From Candidatus Methanomethylicia archaeon (GTDB taxonomy: Archaea; Thermoproteota; Methanomethylicia; Nezhaarchaeales; B40-G2): 64,000 nucleotides of DNA. The stretch is from positions 1-64,000 of the forward strand of contig JAPDJI010000004.1 of assembly GCA_029259155.1 (NCBI GenBank). The letters are read 5' to 3'. Shown piece by piece: positions 41,670 through 50,735 of the stretch (within the stretch, counting starts at the first letter, position 1; every line of letters begins with the position of its first letter). The translations under genes were made by a program, and so were the position numbers. Below the pieces are notes generated by a model. The model worked only from the letters and a program-made list of their open reading frames with translations, did no database searches and was not told the DNA's origin.

Positions 41670-43402
41670 GTTAATGATAGGTACCTGATGGGGAAGGTAA
41701 AGGGTTCATATTTCTTGCCCGTCCCTTGATAGAACTTGAGGAACCATTCTACCCAGTGAAGCCTCAGGGATTGCATGAAGGTCGCTAGTAGCTCAAGGGT
41801 CATGATGAGGGTGGTGGCGAGGACAAAGATTATCACTGCCATTCCAGCAGTGCCGTAGCTGCCGACAGCCATCCAGTGTCCAAGATCTTCGATGCCTGCC
41901 GCTAACCCGAGCTCGGCTACAGCGTGGTGCACTAGGAAGAACGCGAAGATCCTAGCGTAGGACACGGTGTTAGAGATGGAGGCTGCTAGGGCTTCTAGGC
42001 TTGAGCCGAAGCCTTCGATAGGCTCTTCGAATAACATCCTCGCTAGTATCATTACTACGAAGGGTAGCAAGAACAGCATTAGCGGGGGTATGGGGAGTGG
42101 TATGTGAAGCTCGTTTACGTTAAACGTGAAGAGGTCCTTTAGGAATGTGTTAATCCTAGTGGTTGGGGTGACGTCATATAGTATGAAGAGGGCGGCTAGC
42201 GTACCATACAGCCACAGCCACATTAATGGTCCGAGTACTGCGTGTTTTACTTCCCCGCTGGAAGCCTTGTTAATGGCGTCAAGCAATAGACCAAGTATTA
42301 TCTGGAAGAATGCTATGTATATGCTCATCTTTAATATGAAGAGTGGGTGGTGGAGTGTGCCTAAAGGTATGGGGCAATGTATCTCGTGTGTTAAGTATTC
42401 ATAGCCTGCTGGAACCGCAATGACGCCACCATGGTAAATTGCCTCATACCACTCATGACTACCGAAGACCACTCCATAGAATAGGTAGCCTATCACGATG
42501 GATGAGATAGCGCACATAATTAGAAGCTCGGAGCCTTTAACTATAGGGTCTAGCAGGTCTGGCACCTTGATCCCTGAGCGCTTAAGCCAGTAGAAGTAGA
42601 GTCCTCCTATGAGGAGTAATAGACCGTGTCCTACGTCGCCGAACATGAAACCGAACCATATCGGGAAGGTTATGGCCATGATTATCGTTGGGTCTATCTC
42701 TTTATAGGAGGGATAGCCGAAGGCTGTTACGAAGGGTTGATAGTTTCGTGTAATGAAGCTTCTATGCTCAATGAGGGTCGGCGGCATCGCGGCTTGCTCT
42801 TCATGTGCATGGTGAGCCTTAACCTCAGGCTTAACCTCTTCGAAGAAGTAGAAGCCTTCAGACGCTTGTTCCACCGTCTTCCGGGTTTCTGCTGCTTTAG
42901 CTTCAGGGACCCAGCCTTGAATTATGAATAGCTTACCTGCCTTACCGCTGGAAGCCTTGACATCGTGAACCCTACGCTCCACCTCAACCATATCTTTAAG
43001 TGCATACAATTCCACGCCCTTTTCTTCAGCAAACTTCTTGAGCTCCTCAGGATCGTCTTTTACCTTTTCATACTCAGCCTTAAGTTCCTCTAGCCTTTTC
43101 TGAATTTCGTCCAGTACCTTGAGCGAAGGTCCGAGCTTAACTGGCACCTCCTTAACCTTAGCCTCTCCCTTAGTGGCGGCTGCCGAAATCAAACTTTCAA
43201 TTCTCGAAGAGAGCGACACCACCTTCGATACGAACTCCTCGGAAACACCTACAGGTGTAGCTAAGCCTTCAAACTCCTCCATGGCTGAGCTAAAATCAAT
43301 GAACTGAATTACGCCTAGCTTACCTAGAGCCCTTATCACATCATCGACGTAGTCTTCGAGCACAGCGAAACGTAGCTTAACCATCTTGGTAGGCCTTAAC
43401 AA
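41666..43402 (-). CDS. atpI: A-type ATP synthase subunit I (a)
   Basis: LRPTKM, QGWVP, EIDPT, FGFMFGDVGHG, SYAR (essential Arg), LRLHWVEW..KFY. Confidence 0.93.
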   Translation of the reverse strand: MLRPTKMVKLRFAVLEDYVDDVIRALGKLGVIQFIDFSSAMEEFEGLATPVGVSEEFVSKVVSLSSRIESLISAAATKGEAKVKEVPVKLGPSLKVLDEIQKRLEELKAEYEKVKDDPEELKKFAEEKGVELYALKDMVEVERRVHDVKASSGKAGKLFIIQGWVPEAKAAETRKTVEQASEGFYFFEEVKPEVKAHHAHEEQAAMPPTLIEHRSFITRNYQPFVTAFGYPSYKEIDPTIIMAITFPIWFGFMFGDVGHGLLLLIGGLYFYWLKRSGIKVPDLLDPIVKGSELLIMCAISSIVIGYLFYGVVFGSHEWYEAIYHGGVIAVPAGYEYLTHEIHCPIPLGTLHHPLFILKMSIYIAFFQIILGLLLDAINKASSGEVKHAVLGPLMWLWLYGTLAALFILYDVTPTTRINTFLKDLFTFNVNELHIPLPIPPLMLFLLPFVVMILARMLFEEPIEGFGSSLEALAASISNTVSYARIFAFFLVHHAVAELGLAAGIEDLGHWMAVGSYGTAGMAVIIFVLATTLIMTLELLATFMQSLRLHWVEWFLKFYQGTGKKYEPFTFPIRYLSLT

Positions 43403-43575
43403 CCTACTCCCCCGCCTTATTTGCTGCTTTAAGGCGCGGACATAGACGCATAAAATAAGCTATTTAGCTTTTTCTCGCCCTAGGGACCTTAAACCATAGC
43501 GACGTTTAGTAGATGTGAAGCCTTACCCATTAACAGAGCTAAGTATTCATTAAGCTGGGCAAAAATCCTTAATCC

Positions 43576-43588
43576 AAAAAATTTAAAG
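43576..43588 (+). promoter_or_regulatory. BRE/TATA box of tRNA-Tyr
   Basis: AAAAAA-TTTAAAG about 30 nt upstream of the tRNA. Confidence 0.6.
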
Positions 43589-43615
43589 CCTCTCTCCAGA
43601 GTCTTCCATCATGAA

Positions 43616-43765
43616 CCCCGGGTAGCTCAGAGGTAGAGCGCTCGGCTGTAGGTGTTGGCCGGCGGGTGAGGGCGTAAATGCGCGCGGTGACCCCTGCTCA
43701 GCCGAGCGGTAACCGAGAGCTGTGAAGGCCGGGAATGGTCGAGGGTTCAACTCCCTCCCCGGGGA
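43616..43765 (+). tRNA. tRNA-Tyr(GUA) with two introns: 60 nt at 37/38 (43652-43711) and 18 nt at 43/44 (43718-43735)
   Basis: C1:G72/A73 Tyr identity, CTCGG-CTGTAG^A-CCGAG^TGGTC-GAGGG-TTCAACT-CCCTC; BHB-like motifs at both inserts. Confidence 0.9.
43652..43711 (+). ncRNA. Candidate intron-encoded H/ACA-like (K-turn) guide RNA for Psi35 of tRNA-Tyr
   Basis: K-turn (GA at 43668-69 and 43689-90); CAGCCGAGCG (43699-43708) is perfectly antisense to tRNA nt 25-34; TTGGCC is antisense to nt 37-42; no canonical ACA box. Confidence 0.6.
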
Positions 43766-43935
43766 TTTTCATGATCTTTAACTCCACCAACCCTGCTTCA
43801 CTTATGTTATAGGGTAGGTTCATCCTTAGCGTAATCCCAAGCTACATAGGTGTTTGGAAAACTGCTCCGACATAGCGTTATAGAACTTCTTTACGATAAC
43901 CTTCAAAGCCACGTGTAAAAAGATGGTGGACTTAG

Positions 43936-44382
43936 TTACATTTCTTCGCTTGGTTCTCCCCTAGTTAATTCTTCTCGGCTTATAGAGGCCTTATCAAATA
44001 CGTCCTCAGCTACATAAATTGGGACTCTAGCCCTCAAAGCTAAAGCGATGGCGTCGCTAGCTCGACTTTCCAACTCCCTCTCTGCTCCATTTGACTCAAT
44101 AGTTATGTTGGCCTGAAACCTATCGTCAACTAAAGCATATATTGTGGCTTTCTTGAGGGTAACAGCGGCTTCCTTCATAACCTTCATCAATAGGTCGTGG
44201 GTGTTTTCCACTTCACCTACCTCTCCTTCCATTGCTGCCCTTATCGATGAAGCTTGATAGGGGTCTACTAGGATAGGCATTATTCTTCCATCGCTTTCCT
44301 CCAATAGCACAGCTGAGGTTAAGCCATAAGGCGTTTTAGCTACCACCACATCGAAAACTTTTACTTCAATAAGATTTGTCAT
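43936..44382 (-). CDS. Bifunctional nuclease-family protein (DUF151)
   Basis: MPILV, THDLL, SRASDAIALALR..VPIYV. Confidence 0.88.
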   Translation of the reverse strand: MTNLIEVKVFDVVVAKTPYGLTSAVLLEESDGRIMPILVDPYQASSIRAAMEGEVGEVENTHDLLMKVMKEAAVTLKKATIYALVDDRFQANITIESNGAERELESRASDAIALALRARVPIYVAEDVFDKASISREELTRGEPSEEM

Positions 44383-44425
44383 TCAAACGCTCTCCTAAGA
44401 CTACAGGTTGGAGCTACACGTGGTT

Positions 44426-45208
44426 TTAACTGTAAAAAAGCTTTCGCTCAATATCTGCTGTCGGCTTCTTTAAGCTGCACGGTAGGCCACAGGCACATTT
44501 ACCACATACATCGGCTAATCCTAAGTCAATATACAGTTTGGCGTTGCTCAAACAAACTTCATAGCACTTTTGTTTATTCAGCTTCGTAGCTGTCAATGCT
44601 CCAAACTGGCAATGAGCCACGCACTTGAGACATTCAAAGCCAAGCTTATGTAGGCAAGCTTCCTCCAAGGGCTCAGTGCGGTGGTTAAGCAGAGCTTCTG
44701 TAACGATACTTACGAGTCTTCCGCAACAGCCCTCCTCGGTTATAAGCATATGGTGTACACCTAAACTACCAAGCCCTGCAACATAAGCAGCATGTTTATG
44801 CGACCAATTGCTTATCAGGGCTTCCTCATCGAACTCGCCAGTTGGAGCTATTGGCTTTGACTTAAAACCTTTCATTTCTAAGGTCTCTGCCAACCAATCG
44901 GCTAAGTTTGTTAGCAGCTGATTTGCCTCAAGGTATGCTAGTGCCCATTCTCTGGAAGCAGGACCAGGGTTAAGGTTGCTTTCTACTATCCATTCCGCGA
45001 AGGGTAGGAAGATCACCACTACGCTCCTCGCACTGTTCACAATCTCTTCAGGTAAAAGAAAGCCATGCTTTCTCTTCAGCACCCTAAACAGAGGGTCTTG
45101 GGCTTCTGCGACGCCTACTAAAGGCTTCCTCCACCACGAGGTTAAGCTGCCACCTCTATACTCTGAAATGAACTGTTCAACTAATGCTTGAAGGCTATTA
45201 GCTTTCAA
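44426..45208 (-). CDS. QueG-like 4Fe-4S protein (epoxyqueuosine reductase/reductive dehalogenase superfamily)
   Basis: WSHKHAAYVAGLG, GCCGRLVS, CLKCVAHC, CGKCACGLPCS. Confidence 0.8.
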   Translation of the reverse strand: MKANSLQALVEQFISEYRGGSLTSWWRKPLVGVAEAQDPLFRVLKRKHGFLLPEEIVNSARSVVVIFLPFAEWIVESNLNPGPASREWALAYLEANQLLTNLADWLAETLEMKGFKSKPIAPTGEFDEEALISNWSHKHAAYVAGLGSLGVHHMLITEEGCCGRLVSIVTEALLNHRTEPLEEACLHKLGFECLKCVAHCQFGALTATKLNKQKCYEVCLSNAKLYIDLGLADVCGKCACGLPCSLKKPTADIERKLFYS

Positions 45209-45573
45209 CTTTGACCCTTAAACCTGGCCTTCAGCCACTTGGCAATCCGCTTAAGCGAAGGGTTATGGCTCACATCTATCACAGGCACTTCGGCAGCATC
45301 TATCTTCAACACTTCTTGGTAGGTGGGCATGAGAGTGAACATGATCGTTGACCAATAAACTCGCCCATCAAAGTACTCCTTAACTAAGCTTTCTGTCGTG
45401 AGGGGTAGCGGAAAGTAGCAGAACAATACGCCCTCAGTCCAGTTGGGTACGATGAGCTGGCCAGCTTTAAGGTAAGCTCCCAGAAACCTGGCTAAGCTAT
45501 CAGGTGACGGGTATTCTACTATTTCCTTAACCACTATTTCCTTGAAAGGCTCGTATTTTATCTTGATGACCAA
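45205..45573 (-). CDS. Hypothetical protein
   Basis: 122-aa ORF coupled to the QueG-like gene; IKYEPFKEIVV, NWTEG, VPVID. Confidence 0.75.
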   Translation of the reverse strand: MVIKIKYEPFKEIVVKEIVEYPSPDSLARFLGAYLKAGQLIVPNWTEGVLFCYFPLPLTTESLVKEYFDGRVYWSTIMFTLMPTYQEVLKIDAAEVPVIDVSHNPSLKRIAKWLKARFKGQS

Positions 45574-45650
45574 CTCCGTCCACCTTAACCAAAACTTGAG
45601 GTAAGCCCCTTTAACCTAATAAGCCTACATTAGCCAAGTCCAGGTTCCAA

Positions 45651-45662
45651 GAAAAATTTAAG
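45651..45662 (+). promoter_or_regulatory. BRE/TATA box of tRNA-Asp
   Basis: GAAAAA-TTTAAG about 28 nt upstream of the tRNA. Confidence 0.6.
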
Positions 45663-45687
45663 AACAGCCCAGCCTCTCCACCATAAG

Positions 45688-45762
45688 GCCCCGGTAGTAT
45701 AGTCCGGTCTAGTATATCGGCCTGTCGAGCCGGTGACCCGGGTTCAAATCCCGGCCGGGGCG
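45688..45762 (+). tRNA. tRNA-Asp(GUC), intronless
   Basis: GCCCCGG/CCGGGGC-G, TCGGC-CTGTCGA-GCCGG. Confidence 0.95.
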
Positions 45763-45789
45763 TTCAGTTTCCATTAATTCCTCATCGAT

Positions 45790-46900
45790 TGAAAGAGGTG
45801 CTTCCTCCTTAGACCTTGCTATGGGCTCTCACAAGGAGCTATGATCTTTCAAACATTCTGATAGAACTACCTCCAAAGCCGATAACTACTCTACTTGAAT
45901 CCTCGGTGATGTTAACATTCGTCGCTCCAATCAGCTTTCATCGTTAAGTGGGTTTGAAGGCGTATCGTAACTCCAAAGGATCGTTCTATATTTGTTTAGG
46001 ATTGATGCTTTGTTGCTTTCCGTCGTGGCTATGACTTTAAAGTCCATCGAGGTGTCGATGGGTGAAACTATACTGGTTGCGCGATTTTCTCCAAATGATC
46101 CTTCCATCCTTTGATATGTAATATATCCATCCCCAACCGTCCCGGCTACTAAGCTTCCATCGGGCAATACCTTGCCATTACTGATTGCGTGATTCATATT
46201 TGAAGCTTCCACTTTAAAGTTCCATTGTAGTGAAAGCCTAATAACGTGTGGCTCTTTCCTTCCGCATAGATCGATCCGTTCCTTGCTTTCAAGAGCATTG
46301 GGAGCCCCTCAGTATATTCATGGCATGCTGCATTTACATTCTTGTCAAAGGCTACTAGATGGCCATTCCTGAAGCTGCCGTTCAATAGAGAATAGTTTTC
46401 AGCGAAGGTCATACTTCTCAGTCTCTACAGACTTGAGCGCCTCAAACCTTTCTATTAATGTTTACATCCATGAGCGCTATGTCTGAGTCCTCTAAGGGAC
46501 CGTAGCGAGTTTCCTTTAGATTCTACTAAGCTTCACTACTCTAATTAATGTTGCTCAGTTATCTTAAATAGTAATTACTCCCTGCTAAATAGGTAGACGT
46601 TTCCATCATGGCTCCCCGCTGCGAATAAGTAGTTTGAAGATTTTGAAGAAATTCATCTATAATCTCTCCCTTAATTAAGTTTAGGCCTATGGAGCCGGAG
46701 ATAGTCTTTATTGCGTCTAGGAGTGGCGGTATGGAGGCTCCAACAACTGGCCCTAGTGCTTTTAGATATAGGTAGAGAAAAGAATGAAAGAGTATTTGAG
46801 CATGTAAATCCTTATTTGCATCTCCCTTAAACAACTCTTTACTCCGATGTCGTGCTACGGCTTTAAAACCTTTTCACACCGCGGCATCAGGCGTATGGGT
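45790..46900 (-). pseudogene. Decayed gene fragments downstream of tRNA-Asp (include PQQ-type beta-propeller-like pieces)
   Basis: Short broken ORFs 45931-46212, 46194-46412 and 46559-46834; GHLVAFD, NGTLKWK, DGSLVAGT, ILWSY propeller-like motifs; atypical composition; boundaries approximate. Confidence 0.5.
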
Positions 46901-46948
46901 ATCACTTAGCTAACCAAGCTATGTTAGGCATAGGCTAAAGAAAGTCTA

Positions 46949-48736
46949 TTAAGCCTCTTGATGACCATCAGTGTAAGTTTCACTATGAGGTCTTAGGGCT
47001 TCTTTCATGGCCTTCCAGAGCCCTCTATGGAAGATGTATGTTGCGTCGAAGACTAGAATGAGGACGGTAGCAGTTATGAGGAGAGTAGTTAAGATTGAAA
47101 TGTAGGGGAGGTCTGATACTCCGCTTATACCTGGTGCGAGAATTATTGATACCCCAAGTAACACTACTGCAAATGATAGATTACGGGTAACTCTTCTCAC
47201 TCTTCCGCTTTCAGCCCTAAGCCTTGGAAATCTAGTCAAAGTTTGCGTCATCAACATTCCGGCTACCTTGTCTGTATCCATTAACAGGTCCGCCAGGGGA
47301 TAGGCTATGATGGCTAAGGCTATAAGTAGAGTGAAGGTCTCTTTGCCGAGTAGGTGTAGTTGTGGAATGTTTTCATAGAGGAGGAGAACGTATGGTCTAA
47401 GCATGGATAGCAGGCTGAGGGCGATGAACATGAGGAACACGTTGAAGAGCATTCCTTTAACCCTGTTCTTAAACTTAGTTAAGTGGACGTGGCTTTGAAG
47501 GATGTTCTTAAATGATCCTCCAAGCCCTCTTCTTAAGAAGGTGGACATGGCCTTTAGGGGAGCAGGTTGTCTCTCCAACATTTTGGCGAAGGTGCTGGGC
47601 ATACGGTTAATGAGTGGAGGGGAGATTATGGTGGTTGCCACGCACATGAGCGCTAGTGAAGGGAATACCGTTTCTGGAAGAACCCCTAGCTCTACTCCTT
47701 GCTTCGCTATGATGAAGCTGAACTCGCCTATTGGGATTAACATAGCTGCTACGCCCAGCGAGCTCTCCTCGCTTAGGCCTCCCATCAATCCTCCCATGGA
47801 GCATCCGATCACTCGGCTTGCTAATATTATCAGTATTAGGGGCACGGCTAGTAGTGCTGCTTGGACGGCTTCTTGAAGGTCGATGTAGATGAGCGTACCT
47901 ATGCTCACGAAGAAGATGGTCATGAAGAAGTCCTTTAAGGGCGAGACTACGTCCCTAACAAGCTTAGCGTTTGGAGAGTAGGCTATGGTTAAGCCTGCTG
48001 TGAAAGCTCCTACCGCCTTCGAGACACCTAACTCACCGGCCAAGAAGGCTACGAGGAATGCTAAACTGAGCGCTGTCAGTAGTGGGGCTTCGGTCATTTT
48101 CATTTTAGCCACTTTATCGAGGACAAAGGGAATGGCTTTTACTCCTAGCGCTATGGAGAGCACGATGAAAGTTATGGTTTTCGTCAGCGTGACGGCAACT
48201 ACATCTAATGAGGCTCCACCGCTGGTCGTGGCGTTAAGTAGGATTATGAGAAGCATTACAGCCATAGCGTCTTGAAGTACAAGAACCCCAACGCTAGTTT
48301 CATACTCTGAGCTACCACCTAACCCCATATCTTTAAGCATCTTAACTATGATAGCTGTGCTACTGAACATCAAAGCTCCTCCTAGATACATAGAGGACAA
48401 TGTTGTCCATCCCATAGCTGCGCCGGCTAAGTACCCTAGGAGAAAAGCTATGGAAGTTTGAAGAAGCCCTATGGTGATTATTGCCGGCCCGAGCCTAGAT
48501 AGCTTCTCGACCTCGAATTCCACACCTACAATGAATAGAAGAAGGATTATTCCGATCTCTGCAAATAGGTCGAGTAGTGGGCCCTTCGTTATGAGATTTA
48601 GGCCTGAAGGCCCTATCAATGCCCCGACAGCTATGAAGCCCACGATGGGTGAAAGCTTAGCCTTGAGTGCTAGGGCTCCAGCTACCGCGGCGGTAGCAAA
48701 TATCAGGCCCACGCCTAGGAAGAAGTCGGCTTCCAA
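46949..48736 (-). CDS. CPA2-family cation:proton antiporter with extra C-terminal TM domain
   Basis: LIGPSG, GIILLLFIVGVE, FSSTAIIVK, LQD, GAFTAG, FFVSIG, IGEFSFII. Confidence 0.9.
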   Translation of the reverse strand: MEADFFLGVGLIFATAAVAGALALKAKLSPIVGFIAVGALIGPSGLNLITKGPLLDLFAEIGIILLLFIVGVEFEVEKLSRLGPAIITIGLLQTSIAFLLGYLAGAAMGWTTLSSMYLGGALMFSSTAIIVKMLKDMGLGGSSEYETSVGVLVLQDAMAVMLLIILLNATTSGGASLDVVAVTLTKTITFIVLSIALGVKAIPFVLDKVAKMKMTEAPLLTALSLAFLVAFLAGELGVSKAVGAFTAGLTIAYSPNAKLVRDVVSPLKDFFMTIFFVSIGTLIYIDLQEAVQAALLAVPLILIILASRVIGCSMGGLMGGLSEESSLGVAAMLIPIGEFSFIIAKQGVELGVLPETVFPSLALMCVATTIISPPLINRMPSTFAKMLERQPAPLKAMSTFLRRGLGGSFKNILQSHVHLTKFKNRVKGMLFNVFLMFIALSLLSMLRPYVLLLYENIPQLHLLGKETFTLLIALAIIAYPLADLLMDTDKVAGMLMTQTLTRFPRLRAESGRVRRVTRNLSFAVVLLGVSIILAPGISGVSDLPYISILTTLLITATVLILVFDATYIFHRGLWKAMKEALRPHSETYTDGHQEA

Positions 48737-48867
48737 GGTTTTCCTTTATGCTAAAGGAAGAGGACGTATATTAAGGTTAAAGATGAAGGCCACTCACTTA
48801 GATTAGAAAGTGAGCTTTTTTTCGTAATGCTGATGCTAAGTTATCTTTTAAGGACGAAGCTTTTAAG

Positions 48868-50367
48868 TTAGATATTGAACTTACTTAGATCAACGATTTT
48901 ATCTTCGACTCTAGACAGTTCTTCAGCTAAGCAATAAGCTATATTAAGTGCTTTTTCTCCCACCTTCACTGTCAAAGACCTCTTCTTCACCATTTCTTTC
49001 AACTCTTCTTCGTCTATTACCTTAACACCTTGTTTAGGACTCCATACGACGTCTATGCATAGATCCACGTACTTGATCTTCCCTGGCTTAATTTCAGGCG
49101 GTGTAGATATGTTGTAGTAAACCCCTTTCAGGACCATGTTTCGAGAGTAATAAACAGTACGAGATACCCAGCATCCTTCCTTAAACAAGGTGATGCCGTA
49201 ATCCCCTTCCTCTTTTACTTCACCCAACCCGTCATAAACTCCTCCTCCCTTAAACCTCCTCTCCACCATAACTTCTCCGTTTTTCACCTCAATGGTCTTG
49301 CCTGGTCTTAAGCTGTAAGCCCTCCCGTCAGGTTTGATGTGGATTATTTCCATGAACCTGCCAGGCTTTATGGCTTTTTTGAACATATAGTCAGAGGCTT
49401 TTACGAAGTTTTCTCTAGATAGAGCTTCATTCAAGGCTTCAAGGAGATCAACTGTGAGGGAGTATGGTTTACCCCAAGTTTTGAATAAGTGGTGTCTAGG
49501 TATAGTGGTACAAACTTCGCTTCTCAATTCATCAAGCTTTTTTTGTGAGCCTCCAGGGAACATTAGCTCAGCTACTTTATCGCCCTCAAATATCAATGAG
49601 GGCGCTTGTTGTTGTTCAGCTATCTTTAGAGCCTCCTCAGCTCGATGTTTGAGCTCTTCTACTTCTCTCATCAACTCCTCCATACTGGCATATTGAGCGC
49701 TCCGCCTCCACCTGAGGCCCCATCCTTCAGGCTTAATCATCCTTCCTAGAGCCAACAACTCCATAGCTTTACCTCTTTTCTTGATCCCGGCGCTCAGGGT
49801 GATTTCCTGTCCTGGTAATAACTTAGCGTAGCGGCCTACCACCCTTAGCCCTAGGGAGAGGATGGGTTTGTTAGGTAAACACTTAACGACTGTAACCAAT
49901 ACTTCCTGCCCAGGGCTTAGATGATGTTTAGGTAGTAGTCCTTTGTCTTCACCTAAGTTTACCCAGCAGCCTTCGTCCACCTTCTTCTCAGCTACGCCCT
50001 TATAAACAGCGTTAACGCATGGTTTAAGTTCCCTTACGATGACGTCTGGGAGCTCCTCCACTAGGAGCTCAGTTATTTTCTTAATCCCTTCTGCCTTACC
50101 TTCCAATGTTACGCCTTCCTTGCTGGGGAGGTCATAGATGTCAATATCAGGAGGTTCCACTAGCTTCTCGAGTTTAAACCTCGACATGATAGTCTCTGAG
50201 CACTGCGTAGGGTAGAAGCCTCTGGAGATTAGGAGCTTCGTCAAAGCTGTAGAATATATCCCCCTAATCCTGAAAAGCAGCGGCGTGGAAAGCACCCCTG
50301 TCATCTTTGGAAGGTTAAAGGAGCAGAGCCCTATGTGCTTAACGCTTATAAACTTGAACGTGTACAT
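48868..50367 (-). CDS. fau-1: FAU-1 AU-rich RNA-binding ribonuclease (DUF402 C-terminus)
   Basis: RIRGIYSTALT, YDGL, YYNISTP, YVDLCIDV; true start probably near 50304. Confidence 0.88.
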   Translation of the reverse strand: MYTFKFISVKHIGLCSFNLPKMTGVLSTPLLFRIRGIYSTALTKLLISRGFYPTQCSETIMSRFKLEKLVEPPDIDIYDLPSKEGVTLEGKAEGIKKITELLVEELPDVIVRELKPCVNAVYKGVAEKKVDEGCWVNLGEDKGLLPKHHLSPGQEVLVTVVKCLPNKPILSLGLRVVGRYAKLLPGQEITLSAGIKKRGKAMELLALGRMIKPEGWGLRWRRSAQYASMEELMREVEELKHRAEEALKIAEQQQAPSLIFEGDKVAELMFPGGSQKKLDELRSEVCTTIPRHHLFKTWGKPYSLTVDLLEALNEALSRENFVKASDYMFKKAIKPGRFMEIIHIKPDGRAYSLRPGKTIEVKNGEVMVERRFKGGGVYDGLGEVKEEGDYGITLFKEGCWVSRTVYYSRNMVLKGVYYNISTPPEIKPGKIKYVDLCIDVVWSPKQGVKVIDEEELKEMVKKRSLTVKVGEKALNIAYCLAEELSRVEDKIVDLSKFNI

Positions 50368-50417
50368 GTGGTCTGAATACGACTCATCCTTATAAGCCTC
50401 TTAGGAGGTGCTCCTAA

Positions 50418-50702
50418 ATGTCCACGGTTCCTGAAGGATTAAACCCTGAACAAAGAATACAACAAGCTATTGCCGTGTTGCAACGCATTGCTGACGATTT
50501 AGGGGTTCCACGTAACATTAGGAGAGCTTGTAGCGAGTCTATTAAGATTCTTCAGTCAAAGAAGGATAGTCCTGCTCTTCGAGCTTCTAATGTCATAAGC
50601 GTGTTGGATGAGTGTAGCCAAGACCCTAACATACCGCTTTTCGCTCGAACCGCTATTTGGCAAGCCGTCTCTCTCCTTGAAGGAATAAGGGATGAGGGGT
50701 AA
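50418..50702 (+). CDS. UPF0147-family protein
   Basis: DLGVPRNIRRA, DPNIPLFARTAIW. Confidence 0.92.
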   Translation: MSTVPEGLNPEQRIQQAIAVLQRIADDLGVPRNIRRACSESIKILQSKKDSPALRASNVISVLDECSQDPNIPLFARTAIWQAVSLLEGIRDEG

Positions 50703-50735
50703 GGACTAGGTATAGAACCATCAGGGGTTTAGGAT

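Noticed and set aside
34794-46948. Integrated virus or plasmid at tRNA-Arg or tRNA-Asp
   Set aside because: No integrase and no duplicated tRNA 3' end (attR) seen; most of the interval is housekeeping genes
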